A stretch of 64,000 nt of DNA from Candidatus Hermodarchaeota archaeon (GTDB lineage Archaea; Asgardarchaeota; Lokiarchaeia; Sigyniarchaeales; SOKP01), in contig JBHLLO010000002.1 of NCBI GenBank assembly GCA_048885535.1, positions 31,081 through 95,080 on the forward strand, in the 5' to 3' direction. The notes below the pieces were generated by a model. It was not told where the DNA came from, did not search any database, and worked only from the letters and a program-made list of their open reading frames with translations. This document shows, piece by piece, positions 40,204 to 51,113 of the stretch (position 1 is its first letter; the number at the start of each line of letters is the position of its first letter). Made by a program: the position numbers and the translations under genes.

Positions 40204-40274
40204 GTTAATTTATATCAAAAATATTTTTAAAAAGATTTAATTTTTATAACAGATTTATTGGTATCAACAAGAGA

Positions 40275-40883
40275 TTGAAAGGAAAAGTCTTGAAAGAATT
40301 AAGCTCCATGTTAAGATCATTTCTATATATCATCGGGGGTGATATCGCAATTGAAGTTGGAATCGAATTATTAAATTCAGAAAACAAAGATATCACAGAT
40401 GAAGATATTACAGAAAATATTAAAGAAAGGATTGAAAAAGAAGGAAGAGAGATAGATTTCGAACCCGATGATACTGAAATTTTAAAATTAAATACTGTAC
40501 GTAAGACCTTATACAAATTATATAGTGAAAAGTTAGCTCAATTCAGAAGGATTAGGGATAAATCAACAGGTTGGTTTATTTATTATTGGTGGCATGAATT
40601 TGATTTGCTTGAGGAAATTTTAATGGAAAAGAAAAAGGTTTTAGAACAAAAATTAAGAGAAAAACTACAGTTTGAAGAGAATAATTATTTCTTTATTTGT
40701 AAGGATTGTGAAACAACACTTACAAAATATAATTTCGAAGAGGCTTTCGAGCTCAATTTTAGATGTCCTGAGTGTGGTGGTCCTTTAGAAGCTCAAGATA
40801 ATAATCAATTAATCCAATTTTTGAAAGAAAAGATTGTCCTTATTGAAAAAGCCCAATTCGTATCAATTGATAAAAAAGAATAG
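40275..40883 (+). CDS. tfe: Transcription factor E (TFIIE alpha)
   Basis: LNTVRKTLYKLY, RIRDKSTGWFIYYW, FEEAFELNFRCPECG, DN. Confidence 0.95.
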   Translation: MKGKVLKELSSMLRSFLYIIGGDIAIEVGIELLNSENKDITDEDITENIKERIEKEGREIDFEPDDTEILKLNTVRKTLYKLYSEKLAQFRRIRDKSTGWFIYYWWHEFDLLEEILMEKKKVLEQKLREKLQFEENNYFFICKDCETTLTKYNFEEAFELNFRCPECGGPLEAQDNNQLIQFLKEKIVLIEKAQFVSIDKKE

Positions 40884-40942
40884 AGGCTAATTGGTTAAAA
40901 TTCTATAAATTTTTCAAAGTATTTTAAATAATATAATTTAAT

Positions 40943-42991
40943 TTGGGATTTAGTTTGGTATTATTTTTATCAAATAAAAGAAGATTCGGAACTTGTTCAA
41001 AGGATTGTTATGGATCTTGTGTTTTTGTGAGTGAATGGGATGATGAGGCACCAGAATTTAAATTTAAATCTGCTCAAGCTTTAAAGCAGCATCCTTTCAC
41101 TAATGGCTTTTTTTGTGTTAAATATAATCATAGAGAAAAATTAATTTATCATCCTCATCGAATCAGAAAGCCTTTAATTCGTGAAAATGATAAAGGTAAT
41201 AATCAATTCAAATCTGTCAGTTTCAAGGTAGCCCTAAATATTATTGCTAGTAAGATTTTCCAAATTAAGAAGAACTTTGGATCCACATCTATAGTAGCAG
41301 CTTTTAATTCTGGAAATTTTGGCCTAATATCAAGATTTGGACCATTAAGACTCTTTGAGAAATTAGGAGCAACAATTACTACAGGGGGAATTTGTAACGA
41401 AGGAGGATGTGCTGGTCTTAAAAACTTATTTGGTACTTATTCCACTACAAATCCATTTCAAATCAATAATGCATCAACAAAATTAATTGTAGTTTGGGGA
41501 AGTGATCTATCTAATAGAAATGTCCATGCATATTATTTAGTAAAACAAGCTCAAAAAAGAGGAGTAAAACTTATTGTTATCGATTCCCGTAAGACTAAGA
41601 TTGCCCAAGAAGCGGACATTTATATATATACTAAACCAGGTACGGATTACATTTTAGCTCAGGCAATTCTGAAAATGTTAATTGATGATAAATCTGTAGA
41701 TCATAATTTCTTAGAAAAACACGTCGATGGACATGAGGAAATTCTATTAAAGTTATCCGAATTAGATCTAAAAGAGAAAATATCTTATTTAAGAATAGGT
41801 TTTAAGAAATTACGACAAATTGTGGATTTGTTAATTGAATTCAAGCATTATACTCTTTTTAATGTAGGTTATGGGGTTCAAAAAGATTTTTTTGGAGGTA
41901 GAATTGTTCAAGCAATTGCATTAATACAAATATTTCTTGGAAATCTTGGAAAACCTGGAACCGGTTTGATATATTCACAAAGTGATTTTAATAAGGAATT
42001 CTTATCAAACATTATAAATTATATTACGAAGATAACTCCTAGTTCGAATATATCCGAAATAACTTTAATCAGCTTAGGTGAAAGTTTAGCTTCTGAAGAA
42101 TATAAGATGTTATTTATTTACAATTTCAATCCTGCAAGTTCTCTTCCTAACCAAAATCAAGTTCAGAAATCATTTATGAGAAATGATCTATTTATAGTTG
42201 TACTCGATAACTTTTTAAATGAGACAACAAAATTCGCAAATGTCGTGATCCCTTCAAAATTTGATATCGAGACATACGATTTAATTTCTCCATATTATAT
42301 TCCAGGAATATCTATTAATCAAGCAGGACCGTGTCCTTACGAAGAATGTTTTTCTAATTATGAATTCTTTCAGCATCTTGCAGTAAAACTTGGCTTTCAA
42401 AATGACCCGATATTTGGAGAGGATCAAAAAGTTATCTATACAACGTGTTTAAGTATATTACCTTTAGAAATCCAAAAGAGTATTGAGGAAAAAGGTTATT
42501 ACTTATTATTTGAACATGATACTATTCCTTTTAAGAACCTAAGATTCCCTACTCATAATGGTAAGATACAACTTCAGAATGTAAAGTTTAAATTCGAAAT
42601 GTCTCATTTAAAAGATAATTCATTAGTTAGGATTAACGAGTTTTCTCTAATAACTCCCTCTCATGAATATTTCATCCATTCTCAGTTTGCTCAAATTCAT
42701 CCAGAGTATTTAGAAGATTTCCAGAAAGTTTTTTTATGCTCAGATGATATCAAAAGATTAGGTTATTCGTTAGGAGAAAAACTTAGAGTTTCAAATAAGT
42801 ATGGATCCTCTGTATATATATTGGGAGAAGAAAATTCATTGAATATGGGTACAGCTATGATATATTCAGGTGCTCCATTAAAGATATCAAATAATCAAAA
42901 TGTTAATATTTTTATATCAAATATACCTGAAGAATTAGGTTTATCAGGTGCATATAATTCTGCTAAAGTCTTAATTAAAAAAGTAAAATAG
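40943..42991 (+). CDS. Molybdopterin-dependent oxidoreductase (DMSO reductase superfamily)
   Basis: CSKDCYGSC...GFFCVK 4Fe-4S motif, VVWGSD, PGTD, FLNETTKFANVVIPS; start uncertain. Confidence 0.9.
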   Translation: MGFSLVLFLSNKRRFGTCSKDCYGSCVFVSEWDDEAPEFKFKSAQALKQHPFTNGFFCVKYNHREKLIYHPHRIRKPLIRENDKGNNQFKSVSFKVALNIIASKIFQIKKNFGSTSIVAAFNSGNFGLISRFGPLRLFEKLGATITTGGICNEGGCAGLKNLFGTYSTTNPFQINNASTKLIVVWGSDLSNRNVHAYYLVKQAQKRGVKLIVIDSRKTKIAQEADIYIYTKPGTDYILAQAILKMLIDDKSVDHNFLEKHVDGHEEILLKLSELDLKEKISYLRIGFKKLRQIVDLLIEFKHYTLFNVGYGVQKDFFGGRIVQAIALIQIFLGNLGKPGTGLIYSQSDFNKEFLSNIINYITKITPSSNISEITLISLGESLASEEYKMLFIYNFNPASSLPNQNQVQKSFMRNDLFIVVLDNFLNETTKFANVVIPSKFDIETYDLISPYYIPGISINQAGPCPYEECFSNYEFFQHLAVKLGFQNDPIFGEDQKVIYTTCLSILPLEIQKSIEEKGYYLLFEHDTIPFKNLRFPTHNGKIQLQNVKFKFEMSHLKDNSLVRINEFSLITPSHEYFIHSQFAQIHPEYLEDFQKVFLCSDDIKRLGYSLGEKLRVSNKYGSSVYILGEENSLNMGTAMIYSGAPLKISNNQNVNIFISNIPEELGLSGAYNSAKVLIKKVK

Positions 42992-42995
42992 TTTA

Positions 42996-43523
42996 CTAGT
43001 TATCTTTTTTTTTTTTCTTTATAAAAGCTATATCTCCTAGTGAGCTACCAGTGTTTTTTTTCAAAAACTTTTCTGTTTGGACACTTGCTTCCACTTTATT
43101 AGTTTTTATGAGCAATTTGATATTATAAACGTTCTCAATTTTTTTTGCTAATTTAATGGTTGGTTGGACTTTACCTGCTTCAATTCTTCTTATTAAAGAA
43201 GGTTTTTCGTTAAGCTTTTGTGCAAATTGATCTTGATTAAGCTTTAGAGCTTGCCTTACTTTCCTTATTTTATGATTAAAATCATCCACGATTTCAAAAT
43301 TATCTTCAAACTCAGATTTTTTAAAATCTCTCCGTGTTTGTGAACTTTTTGTTTGTTTGGTTGTACTCTTTTCAGGTGTGATTATTTTCTTCCCATGTTT
43401 CGCACAAACTTGACATACAACAATTTTAGCCCCTTCAATCAAAACATTAATTCCCTTACCCCATATTATACTACCGCAAATAGGGCATTCTTTATTTAAA
43501 TCATTAATTCTTTTTTTAGCCAT
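42996..43523 (-). CDS. mbf1: Multiprotein bridging factor aMBF1
   Basis: CPICG..IEGAKIVVCQVC Zn ribbon, HTH, SLGD tail. Confidence 0.93.
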   Translation of the reverse strand: MAKKRINDLNKECPICGSIIWGKGINVLIEGAKIVVCQVCAKHGKKIITPEKSTTKQTKSSQTRRDFKKSEFEDNFEIVDDFNHKIRKVRQALKLNQDQFAQKLNEKPSLIRRIEAGKVQPTIKLAKKIENVYNIKLLIKTNKVEASVQTEKFLKKNTGSSLGDIAFIKKKKKDN

Positions 43524-43756
43524 AATTTCAAATATATAATTAAGGAGGTGTTTATAAAAATAAAATTGGTTTGAGGATTCTTATAATTTTTGGTTTTAAG
43601 GAGTAATTCATTATAAAATATAACCTATAAATTTTTTAGAAATCAACTTTTAAATGATATATTGGTATTACCTTAAATTTAAATGAACTAATGGTTATTA
43701 TAAATTTAAGCAATAATCTTTAAAATTAAAACTTTTATAAAGGGGTATTTTGCTTT

Positions 43757-44965
43757 TTGACAACGACTAAGGAAAAACGAAAAAAAGAAGAAACAAAGGA
43801 TGGAGAATATCTGATAACTTATACCAGACATTTGGAGAAAAGACTTCGCAATTTAGAGACTGAAAAACAATTACTAGATGCGGAAAGAATACGATTAGAA
43901 CAAGAATTACATAGTCTGAGGAATGAAATTGATAGATTAAGAGAACCTCCATTGGTATCAGCAACAATTATTGACATTCTAGATGAAAAGGGACGAGCAA
44001 TAGTAAAAAGTTCTACAGGTCCTAGTTTTGTAGTTAACATGAGTAGAAAGGTAAAAAACGAAAAATTAACTTCTGGAATGAGAGTTGCCCTAAATCAAAG
44101 AACCTTTGCCATTATGGAGGTTTTACCAACAAAATTAGATCCTTTTGTTAAGGGAATGGAAGTTATAGATTCTATTCCCGATGTTTCTTATGAAGATGTT
44201 GGAGGTTTGAATCAACAATTACAGGAGGTAAGAGAAACTGTTGAATTGCCTTTACTTAAGCCAGATTTGTTTAAAAAAGTTGGAATAGAACCACCTAAAG
44301 GTGTTTTGTTATATGGTCCTCCTGGAACGGGCAAAACATTAGTTGCCAAAGCTGTTGCTCATGAGACAGAAGCTACGTTTATTCGAATAATAGGATCTGA
44401 GCTCGTTCAAAAATTTATTGGAGAAGGAGCAAGACTAGTTAGAGAAATATTTAACTTAGCAAAAGATAAATCCCCTACGATATTATTTATAGATGAATTA
44501 GATGCAATTGCATCCCAAAGACTTAAAATTGCGACATCGGGGGACAGAGAAGTCCAAAGAACATTGATGCAATTATTGAGCGAATTAGATGGTTTTGAAC
44601 AAAGAGGAGATGTTAAAATAATTGGTGCAACTAATAGAGTTGATATATTAGATCCAGCTTTATTAAGGCCCGGTAGGTTTGATAGAATGATCGAATTCCC
44701 AATACCTGATGAAGAAGCAAGGAGAGCAATCTTTCAAATTCATATGAGAAATCTAACTATTGAAGAGAACATAAATCTAAAGAAACTAGTAGAATTAACA
44801 GAGGGTGCTACAGGTGCTGATATAAAAGCGATTTGTACTGAAGCAGGAATGTTTGCAATTAGAAAAAATGCAGAAATTATTATCCAAGATGATTTTATCA
44901 AAGCGATTGAAAAAGTAATGCATAAAGTAAAAGAAAAAGCAATAGAGTCAAGACTTTATACTTAA
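43757..44965 (+). CDS. pan: Proteasome-activating nucleotidase
   Basis: Coiled coil + OB fold, [33 protein letters not shown]-terminal LYT (HbYX). Confidence 0.97.
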   Translation: MTTTKEKRKKEETKDGEYLITYTRHLEKRLRNLETEKQLLDAERIRLEQELHSLRNEIDRLREPPLVSATIIDILDEKGRAIVKSSTGPSFVVNMSRKVKNEKLTSGMRVALNQRTFAIMEVLPTKLDPFVKGMEVIDSIPDVSYEDVGGLNQQLQEVRETVELPLLKPDLFKKVGIEPPKGVLLYGPPGTGKTLVAKAVAHETEATFIRIIGSELVQKFIGEGARLVREIFNLAKDKSPTILFIDELDAIASQRLKIATSGDREVQRTLMQLLSELDGFEQRGDVKIIGATNRVDILDPALLRPGRFDRMIEFPIPDEEARRAIFQIHMRNLTIEENINLKKLVELTEGATGADIKAICTEAGMFAIRKNAEIIIQDDFIKAIEKVMHKVKEKAIESRLYT

Positions 44966-45044
44966 ATTAAAATCTTTTTCTTCAAGTAATTTCAGTGATT
45001 ATTCTATTACTTACTTTTAAAATAAATATTTCTTGTAGAATATT

Positions 45045-45536
45045 ATGGAACAAGATTTTCTGTTAACATTAAGAAAAGTTAAAGCAATTAGTGATTACCA
45101 ATTTGGAACAAAAATAACAGATATTTTATTTGATAATAGTGAAAAAGTGCATGTTTCTTTTTCCAAAAACACGGGGACAATTAGACATGTCTATTATGAC
45201 AACAATTTAATGTTAAATTTTCGACCTGATAATGGGTTCTTTACTTTAACGTTATTTGCAGCTAAAAGAATTATCTCTAATATTTCAACGCCAAAATTGC
45301 GAGTTATAGTCTTAAATGAAATATCAGAATTTATAAAAAAGGGTAGAAATGTATTTTGTAAGCATGTAATTGATATTGATGCTGATTTGAGAGCTTTAGA
45401 TGAGGTAATTGTTGTTAATCAAGATGATGAATTATTAGCAATCGGTAAATTAATGTTCCCTACTCCTTATGTGAAAAGTTTTAAGAGAGGAATCGCTGTA
45501 AATGTTAGAAAAGGATTAAATAAATCTAAAATTTAA
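45045..45536 (+). CDS. PUA-domain protein (archaeosine TGT C-terminal-like)
   Basis: DYQFG, GRNVFCKHV, DEVIVV, GIAVNVRKG. Confidence 0.85.
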   Translation: MEQDFLLTLRKVKAISDYQFGTKITDILFDNSEKVHVSFSKNTGTIRHVYYDNNLMLNFRPDNGFFTLTLFAAKRIISNISTPKLRVIVLNEISEFIKKGRNVFCKHVIDIDADLRALDEVIVVNQDDELLAIGKLMFPTPYVKSFKRGIAVNVRKGLNKSKI

Positions 45537-45576
45537 ATACATATAAAACAAAAAAATAGTAAAAACTGAGGATTAA

Positions 45577-46056
45577 ATGGTCAAATTGCCTAAAGAAATG
45601 CAAAAAAAAGAAAAGGGTAAACCAAAGAGACCTCAAGCAGTTAAGAAAAGAGAAGGTTCTCAAATGGGGTCAAGACAAATGCGTCGAAGGATGCAACAAC
45701 AAGGGATTGATATGGATCAGATTGAAGCAAATAGAGTGATTATTGAAGGTCCGGAAAAAACTCTCGTAATAGAACAGCCTGAAGTGATCCTTATGACACA
45801 AATGGGTCAACAAATTTATCAGGTAATAGGAGATGCAAAAGAATTCTCTCCAGAGGAATTATTAGTTGAGGCAAAAGAAGAAGTAGAGATTCTTGAATCC
45901 TCTGAAGAAATTGAAACTAAGCCAATAATAACAGAAAATGATATTATGCTTGTTGCAGCCCAAGCAAATGTAGATAAGGAAGAAGCTAAAGCTGTTTTAA
46001 TTTCATGTGATGGAGATATCGCAAAAGCAATTTTGCAGCTTAAAAATAGACCTTAA
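45577..46056 (+). CDS. nac: Nascent polypeptide-associated complex protein
   Basis: RQMRRRMQQQG, VIEQPEV, YQVIG, UBA domain DIMLVAAQA...GDIAKAI. Confidence 0.93.
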   Translation: MVKLPKEMQKKEKGKPKRPQAVKKREGSQMGSRQMRRRMQQQGIDMDQIEANRVIIEGPEKTLVIEQPEVILMTQMGQQIYQVIGDAKEFSPEELLVEAKEEVEILESSEEIETKPIITENDIMLVAAQANVDKEEAKAVLISCDGDIAKAILQLKNRP

Positions 46057-46118
46057 TTTAAAAAAAAATAATAATTATCAATAATTTTAGTCATATAATC
46101 TAAAGAAGGTAATAAATA

Positions 46119-46472
46119 ATGTCAAAAATTAAGAAAAAAGCAAAGGAAACTATAGAGAATTCGCTAAAACAAGATATAATATTTGAAAAAATCATTCGAT
46201 TTTCGGGATGGATGTTTTTACTTTCTCTAATTGCATTTTTAGGAGGTTGGTTTGCCCTAGATATAATCCTAGACCTAGATATATTATCATTAGGCGCCTC
46301 AACACTTACAGTTACAATTTTCTTGGGAATTAACTCTGCATTTAGTTTTGGTTTAGCCTCAAAAGTTAAAGAAAATAGAGAACAGAAGAAAAAATTCTAT
46401 ATTGATTGGTTAATCGCTGAGTTTTTATTCAGTATGATTGCAATTTTTGCAATCTCAGTTTATCAATGGTAG
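46119..46472 (+). CDS. Three-TM membrane protein
   Basis: Three hydrophobic helices. Confidence 0.75.
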   Translation: MSKIKKKAKETIENSLKQDIIFEKIIRFSGWMFLLSLIAFLGGWFALDIILDLDILSLGASTLTVTIFLGINSAFSFGLASKVKENREQKKKFYIDWLIAEFLFSMIAIFAISVYQW

Positions 46473-46544
46473 ATTAAGTTTTTTATTAAGTTTTCAACCT
46501 AACCTACAATTTTGCATACTTTTTATGCACGAATTATACTATAA

Positions 46545-46874
46545 TTATTTATAATCTTCTCTTGGTGGATTGAAAACATCAATTACATTCGAATCTTCTA
46601 AGATAATGGCTCCATGGTTTTCAAAAGAGTCGAATACATAACTATCCCCCTCTTTAACAATGAAGCTGCCGTTGTCAGTGATAAATTTTAATTTTCCTTT
46701 CAAAACATATCCTACTTGATGTTCTTTATGAGAATGAACAGGTACTTCTGATCCCTTATGAAGCATAAAGTAACACAACATTAAGTTATCATTGTAAGCA
46801 AGAGTTTTTCTATAAATTCCATTTAATGCTTCTATAAAATCTATAGCCTCCCCGTTAACTATCTTATTTTTCAT
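46545..46874 (-). CDS. Cupin domain protein
   Basis: PVHSHKEHQVGYVLKG, GDS..F.....HG, DVFNPPREDY. Confidence 0.92.
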   Translation of the reverse strand: MKNKIVNGEAIDFIEALNGIYRKTLAYNDNLMLCYFMLHKGSEVPVHSHKEHQVGYVLKGKLKFITDNGSFIVKEGDSYVFDSFENHGAIILEDSNVIDVFNPPREDYK

Positions 46875-47284
46875 TTTATATTTCCTATTTAACCATTTTA
46901 TTAAATTTTTTTATTTAAATATACACATGATTATTTACATTTAAAATTCTATAAGAAATTAAAAAATCAATGAAGACGACATTTTTTTATATTTACTACA
47001 ATTTATGAATTCTTGACTGTTTTGAATTACATAGACAGAAAGGGAAAATAACCTGTCGTGATTAAGATGTACTGAACATAAAAATCGAAATATTAGATTA
47101 ATAAAGTAAATTTAAATTCGAAAGATAAATAAATTTTTATATCAGAAGAGGTAAAATATTAACGTTAATAATTTTTTAATAAATTTTTTGTCCCAAGTCT
47201 CCTTACCGACAAAATTATTTAATTATTAATAGTATAATATACCTGCTTAAGATATAAGAATATTAAAAAATGTGTTAGGTTGTT

Positions 47285-49420
47285 ATGGCTTTGATACCAA
47301 ACTCTCAAATTATTAATGGAAATAATTCTCGGAAATTAAATAGTGGAATTTTAAAAAATTTGTTGCCTAGAGTGTTTAGAACCGAAGGTGATGTAGTTCC
47401 TTTTGATCCAGTTAAAATTGAACAGAGTTTGATAAAAGAAACTGGGTTAGACAAAAATTTTGCTGATAAAATAACAGAATTAGTTGTACGGCGTATTATT
47501 TCTTCGGGTATAAAATTTCTTTCTGGACCACATATTCGTGAGATTGTATGTTCAATCTTATCAGAACAACATTATGAAGAAGAACGCAAATTATATACTA
47601 GAATAGGTATGCCTTTAATGGATTATGAGGCTATTTTAGAGAATGGTATTAACGAAAATGCTAATCAAGATATGAACCCAGAAAGTATTCATCATTGGGC
47701 AGCAAATAGAATATCTGACGAATATGCTTTGCTAAGAATTTTGGATTCTGAAGAAGCTCATGCACATTTATATGGTGATATTCATGTTCATATGCTTAGA
47801 TATTTTGATTTAAGACCATTTTGTCAAGAATGGGATCCTCGGATGATTCTTGAGCATGGATTGCCACCTGTAGATAGTTGGGCGCATTGTAGTAGATCAG
47901 GACCAGCTGGAAGTCTAAGAGTAGCAGTTACTCATCTGGCAAAGTGGCTAGGTATTATTCAAGGTGAATTCAGTGGAGGTCAAGGTTATGATTATATAAC
48001 TACATTTCTAGCACCATATGCTCGAGGGATTTCAGATAGAGAAATTGAACAATCAATGCAATGTCTTATTTTTGAAACAAATCAAATTTTTGCAGCAAGA
48101 GGTGGCCAAGTTCCATTTACTTCAATTTCTTGCACTCCAACTATTCCTGATGGTTTATTTAATATTCCTGCCATAGGTCCGCATGGTAAGGCTGTGGGTA
48201 AATATGGAGATTACAAAGATGAATGCTTAAAGCTATTTGATGCCCTAACTGATGTTTATATCCAAGGAGATTATAATGGAAAATTGTTTGCATTTCCAAA
48301 ACATGAAATAAAGTTAAAAAGAGAGTGGATAAAAGAGTTTGAACCTTCATATCTGAAAGTTATGGAAGAAACTTCAAAAATGGGAACTCCTTATTTCTTA
48401 AATATGTGTCCAGATTGGATGCCCGATGAAATACATAGCCAGTGTTGCAGGAAATTTTTAAGTGGTAATGAAATAATCAGTAAATGTATTTCAGATCCTG
48501 AAGAGAGAGATAATTTTAACGTTTGGGAAAATTACGTTACTATTGGATCTCTACAGAGTGTTAGTCTTAATTTACCTCGTTATTCATACTTATCAAATAA
48601 TGAAGATGAGTACTTTAAGATATTGGATAAAAAGATGGAATTATGTGCAAGAATTTTAATAAAAAAATGGAAATTAATGGAAAAAAGATTAAAATCAGGC
48701 CATTTACCCTTATGTAGTGGTAAAATCAATGGAAAATCAATTTTTAATTTACATGATCAGAATGTATCTATTGGGTTTACAGGGCTAAATGAAGCTGTGA
48801 AAAGTTTAATTAATGAGGAATTGCATGAAAGCGAAAATGCATATAATTTAGGCAAGAAAATTCTGAATTATATGGTGGCAAAATGTAATACAATGACAGA
48901 TCGGGATGGATATTCTTATTCATTGTGGGAACAACCTAGTGAGCACACTGCTAGACGTTTAGCAATTTTGGATTTGAAACATTTTCCTAAAAAGGCTATA
49001 GTTCAATCTTCAGGTAATTCAGCTTATTATACCAATTCAAGTCACATTCGTTATGATATAAATATTCCTTTGTCAAAGCGGATTCAGTTACAGGGAGATT
49101 TTCATCCGATTGTGAATGGAGGTGTGATTACACATATTTGGCTTGGGGAACAAAAACCTGATGTCCAAGGGTTATGGGAATTAACAAAAAGAATTTGTTT
49201 AAATACTAACACAGCGTATTTTGCTTATACTATTGACTTTACCTTCTGCCCTCATTGTAGAAAGATGTATCGAGGGGGGCAATTTACTTGTCCAAAATGT
49301 AGTTCTCTAGATGTAAAAGTTTATTCAAGAATTACTGGGTATTATAGCGATGTTAATAGGTATAATCCAGGGAAAAGAGCAGAATGGGAATCAAGAAAAA
49401 GGTATAATTTATTCAATTAA
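47285..49420 (+). CDS. nrdD: Anaerobic (class III) ribonucleoside-triphosphate reductase with N-terminal ATP cone
   Basis: ATP cone, ENAN, RGGQVPFT, SLNLPR, YYTNS, CPHC/CPKC, glycyl loop YSRITGY. Confidence 0.95.
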   Translation: MALIPNSQIINGNNSRKLNSGILKNLLPRVFRTEGDVVPFDPVKIEQSLIKETGLDKNFADKITELVVRRIISSGIKFLSGPHIREIVCSILSEQHYEEERKLYTRIGMPLMDYEAILENGINENANQDMNPESIHHWAANRISDEYALLRILDSEEAHAHLYGDIHVHMLRYFDLRPFCQEWDPRMILEHGLPPVDSWAHCSRSGPAGSLRVAVTHLAKWLGIIQGEFSGGQGYDYITTFLAPYARGISDREIEQSMQCLIFETNQIFAARGGQVPFTSISCTPTIPDGLFNIPAIGPHGKAVGKYGDYKDECLKLFDALTDVYIQGDYNGKLFAFPKHEIKLKREWIKEFEPSYLKVMEETSKMGTPYFLNMCPDWMPDEIHSQCCRKFLSGNEIISKCISDPEERDNFNVWENYVTIGSLQSVSLNLPRYSYLSNNEDEYFKILDKKMELCARILIKKWKLMEKRLKSGHLPLCSGKINGKSIFNLHDQNVSIGFTGLNEAVKSLINEELHESENAYNLGKKILNYMVAKCNTMTDRDGYSYSLWEQPSEHTARRLAILDLKHFPKKAIVQSSGNSAYYTNSSHIRYDINIPLSKRIQLQGDFHPIVNGGVITHIWLGEQKPDVQGLWELTKRICLNTNTAYFAYTIDFTFCPHCRKMYRGGQFTCPKCSSLDVKVYSRITGYYSDVNRYNPGKRAEWESRKRYNLFN

Positions 49421-49491
49421 TGATTATTATTTTGCATACGTGAATATTAGATTTCTCCTATTTTTAAATAGTTATAAAAAATAACTTATTT

Positions 49492-49809
49492 ATGCTATCT
49501 TTTAATTGTCTTGAGGAAATTCAGCAAAAGGTTGATGAGTGGATCACTAGTCATGGTGGATATTGGTCTCCATTAGCTATGTTAGCAGCAATTATGGAAG
49601 AATTAGGCGAATTAGCTAGAGAAATTAATTGTAACGAAGGGTTTAAACCAAAAAAGAATATAATTGAGCAATCAAAACTTGGAGAAGAGCTTGGTGACCT
49701 ACTTTTTTCTTTAATTTGTCTCGCCAATTACTATAAAATTGATTTGAATAGCGAATTTAAAAAGGTTTTAACTAAGTATTTAGAAAGAGATTCAAAAAGA
49801 TTTCTTTAA
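49492..49809 (+). CDS. MazG-like nucleotide pyrophosphohydrolase
   Basis: EELGELARE, EELGDLLF, CLAN, RDSKRF. Confidence 0.9.
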   Translation: MLSFNCLEEIQQKVDEWITSHGGYWSPLAMLAAIMEELGELAREINCNEGFKPKKNIIEQSKLGEELGDLLFSLICLANYYKIDLNSEFKKVLTKYLERDSKRFL

Positions 49810-49908
49810 TTTTTAATGTTTTTTGCAAGTTTATAATTGAGTAAGTATTTTCATTTGTTAAGTATTTAAATTTGAACTAAAAAAATTGAAATGATTATAC
49901 AATAGAAG

Positions 49909-51087
49909 ATGCAAGAAGAAGGACTTGAAAAACAAGAAATAATTAAATTGCTTGAGAAAAAATTAGAAAGAGATTTTACTTATCAATCTGGATTAATTTT
50001 AGGTTCAATGAATACAGAACCTCTGGACTTTGGTAAGGAACTGTATAATAAATACGTATCTAAGAATTTAGGAGACCCCGGACTATTTCTAGGATGCGCT
50101 AAATTGGAAGAAGAGATTGTGGAAGAAATTGGAAATCTTTTTGGGGGTAAAAATATCATTGGTACTTTTACAACAGGGGGATCTGAGGCTAATTTGATTG
50201 CTATGAGAATTGCTAAGAAATTAAGACCTGATATTAAACATCCCGAGTTTGTAGTTCCAATCTCAGCTCATATATCATTTGATAAAGCAGCAGACTTATT
50301 AGATATTAAACTAAAAAAAGCAAGACTCAAAAAAGATTTCAGTCTTGATCTAGATCACTATAAGACCTTAATTAATAAAAAAACATGTGGAGTGGTTGGA
50401 ATTGCTGGCACGACATCCTTAGGTTTGGTTGACCCCATTAAAGAAATAGGTGAATTTATAGAAAAGAGGAATATCTTTTTTCATGTTGATGCTGCTTTTG
50501 GTGGGTTTGTACTTCCGTTTCTAAAAAGATTAAATTATATAACCCCCGACTGGGATTTTACTGTTAAGGCTGTTGATTCTATTACAGCAGATCCACATAA
50601 AATGGGATTAGGTGTAATTCCTTCTGGAGGTTTTTTTATAAGAGATGCTTCAATATTGCAAAAAACAGGATTTCAAATTCCTTATTTAGCGGGAGGAAAC
50701 TTTAAGCATTTCCACATGGTTGGTACTAGACCTGGAGGGCCAATAATAGCATTTTGGGGAATATTAAGACTTCTCGGTATAAATGGTTTTAAAGAAGTTA
50801 TCAAGAGTTGTATGGATAATACTGAGTTTTTATCTAAAAAAATAACCGAGATTGAAGGTTTAAAGTTAGCAGTAAAACCAGTTATGAATATAGTAGGAAT
50901 AACTACTGAAAATGGCAAAAGTATATGTGAAATAGACATGGAGTTACGTAAGAGAAATTGGATGTTAGGTAAGTTCGAAGATTTTAATCTTATTAGAATT
51001 GTTATTATGCCTCATGTAGATAGAGAACATTTATCTCAATTTGTAAGCGATTTGGAAATAATAGTAAAAAGGTTAAAAATAGTCTGA
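49909..51087 (+). CDS. mfnA: PLP-dependent L-tyrosine/L-aspartate decarboxylase
   Basis: NLGDPGLF, GGSEAN, HVDAAFGG, DPHKMG, GTRPG, RIVIMPH. Confidence 0.92.
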   Translation: MQEEGLEKQEIIKLLEKKLERDFTYQSGLILGSMNTEPLDFGKELYNKYVSKNLGDPGLFLGCAKLEEEIVEEIGNLFGGKNIIGTFTTGGSEANLIAMRIAKKLRPDIKHPEFVVPISAHISFDKAADLLDIKLKKARLKKDFSLDLDHYKTLINKKTCGVVGIAGTTSLGLVDPIKEIGEFIEKRNIFFHVDAAFGGFVLPFLKRLNYITPDWDFTVKAVDSITADPHKMGLGVIPSGGFFIRDASILQKTGFQIPYLAGGNFKHFHMVGTRPGGPIIAFWGILRLLGINGFKEVIKSCMDNTEFLSKKITEIEGLKLAVKPVMNIVGITTENGKSICEIDMELRKRNWMLGKFEDFNLIRIVIMPHVDREHLSQFVSDLEIIVKRLKIV

Positions 51088-51113
51088 ACTTCTGATCGAA
51101 TCTTAAAATACGT

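Noticed and set aside
40943-42991. Selenocysteine recoding in the molybdopterin enzyme or the broken radical SAM gene
   Set aside because: No in-frame TGA in the Mo enzyme; the radical SAM stop is TAA plus a frameshift
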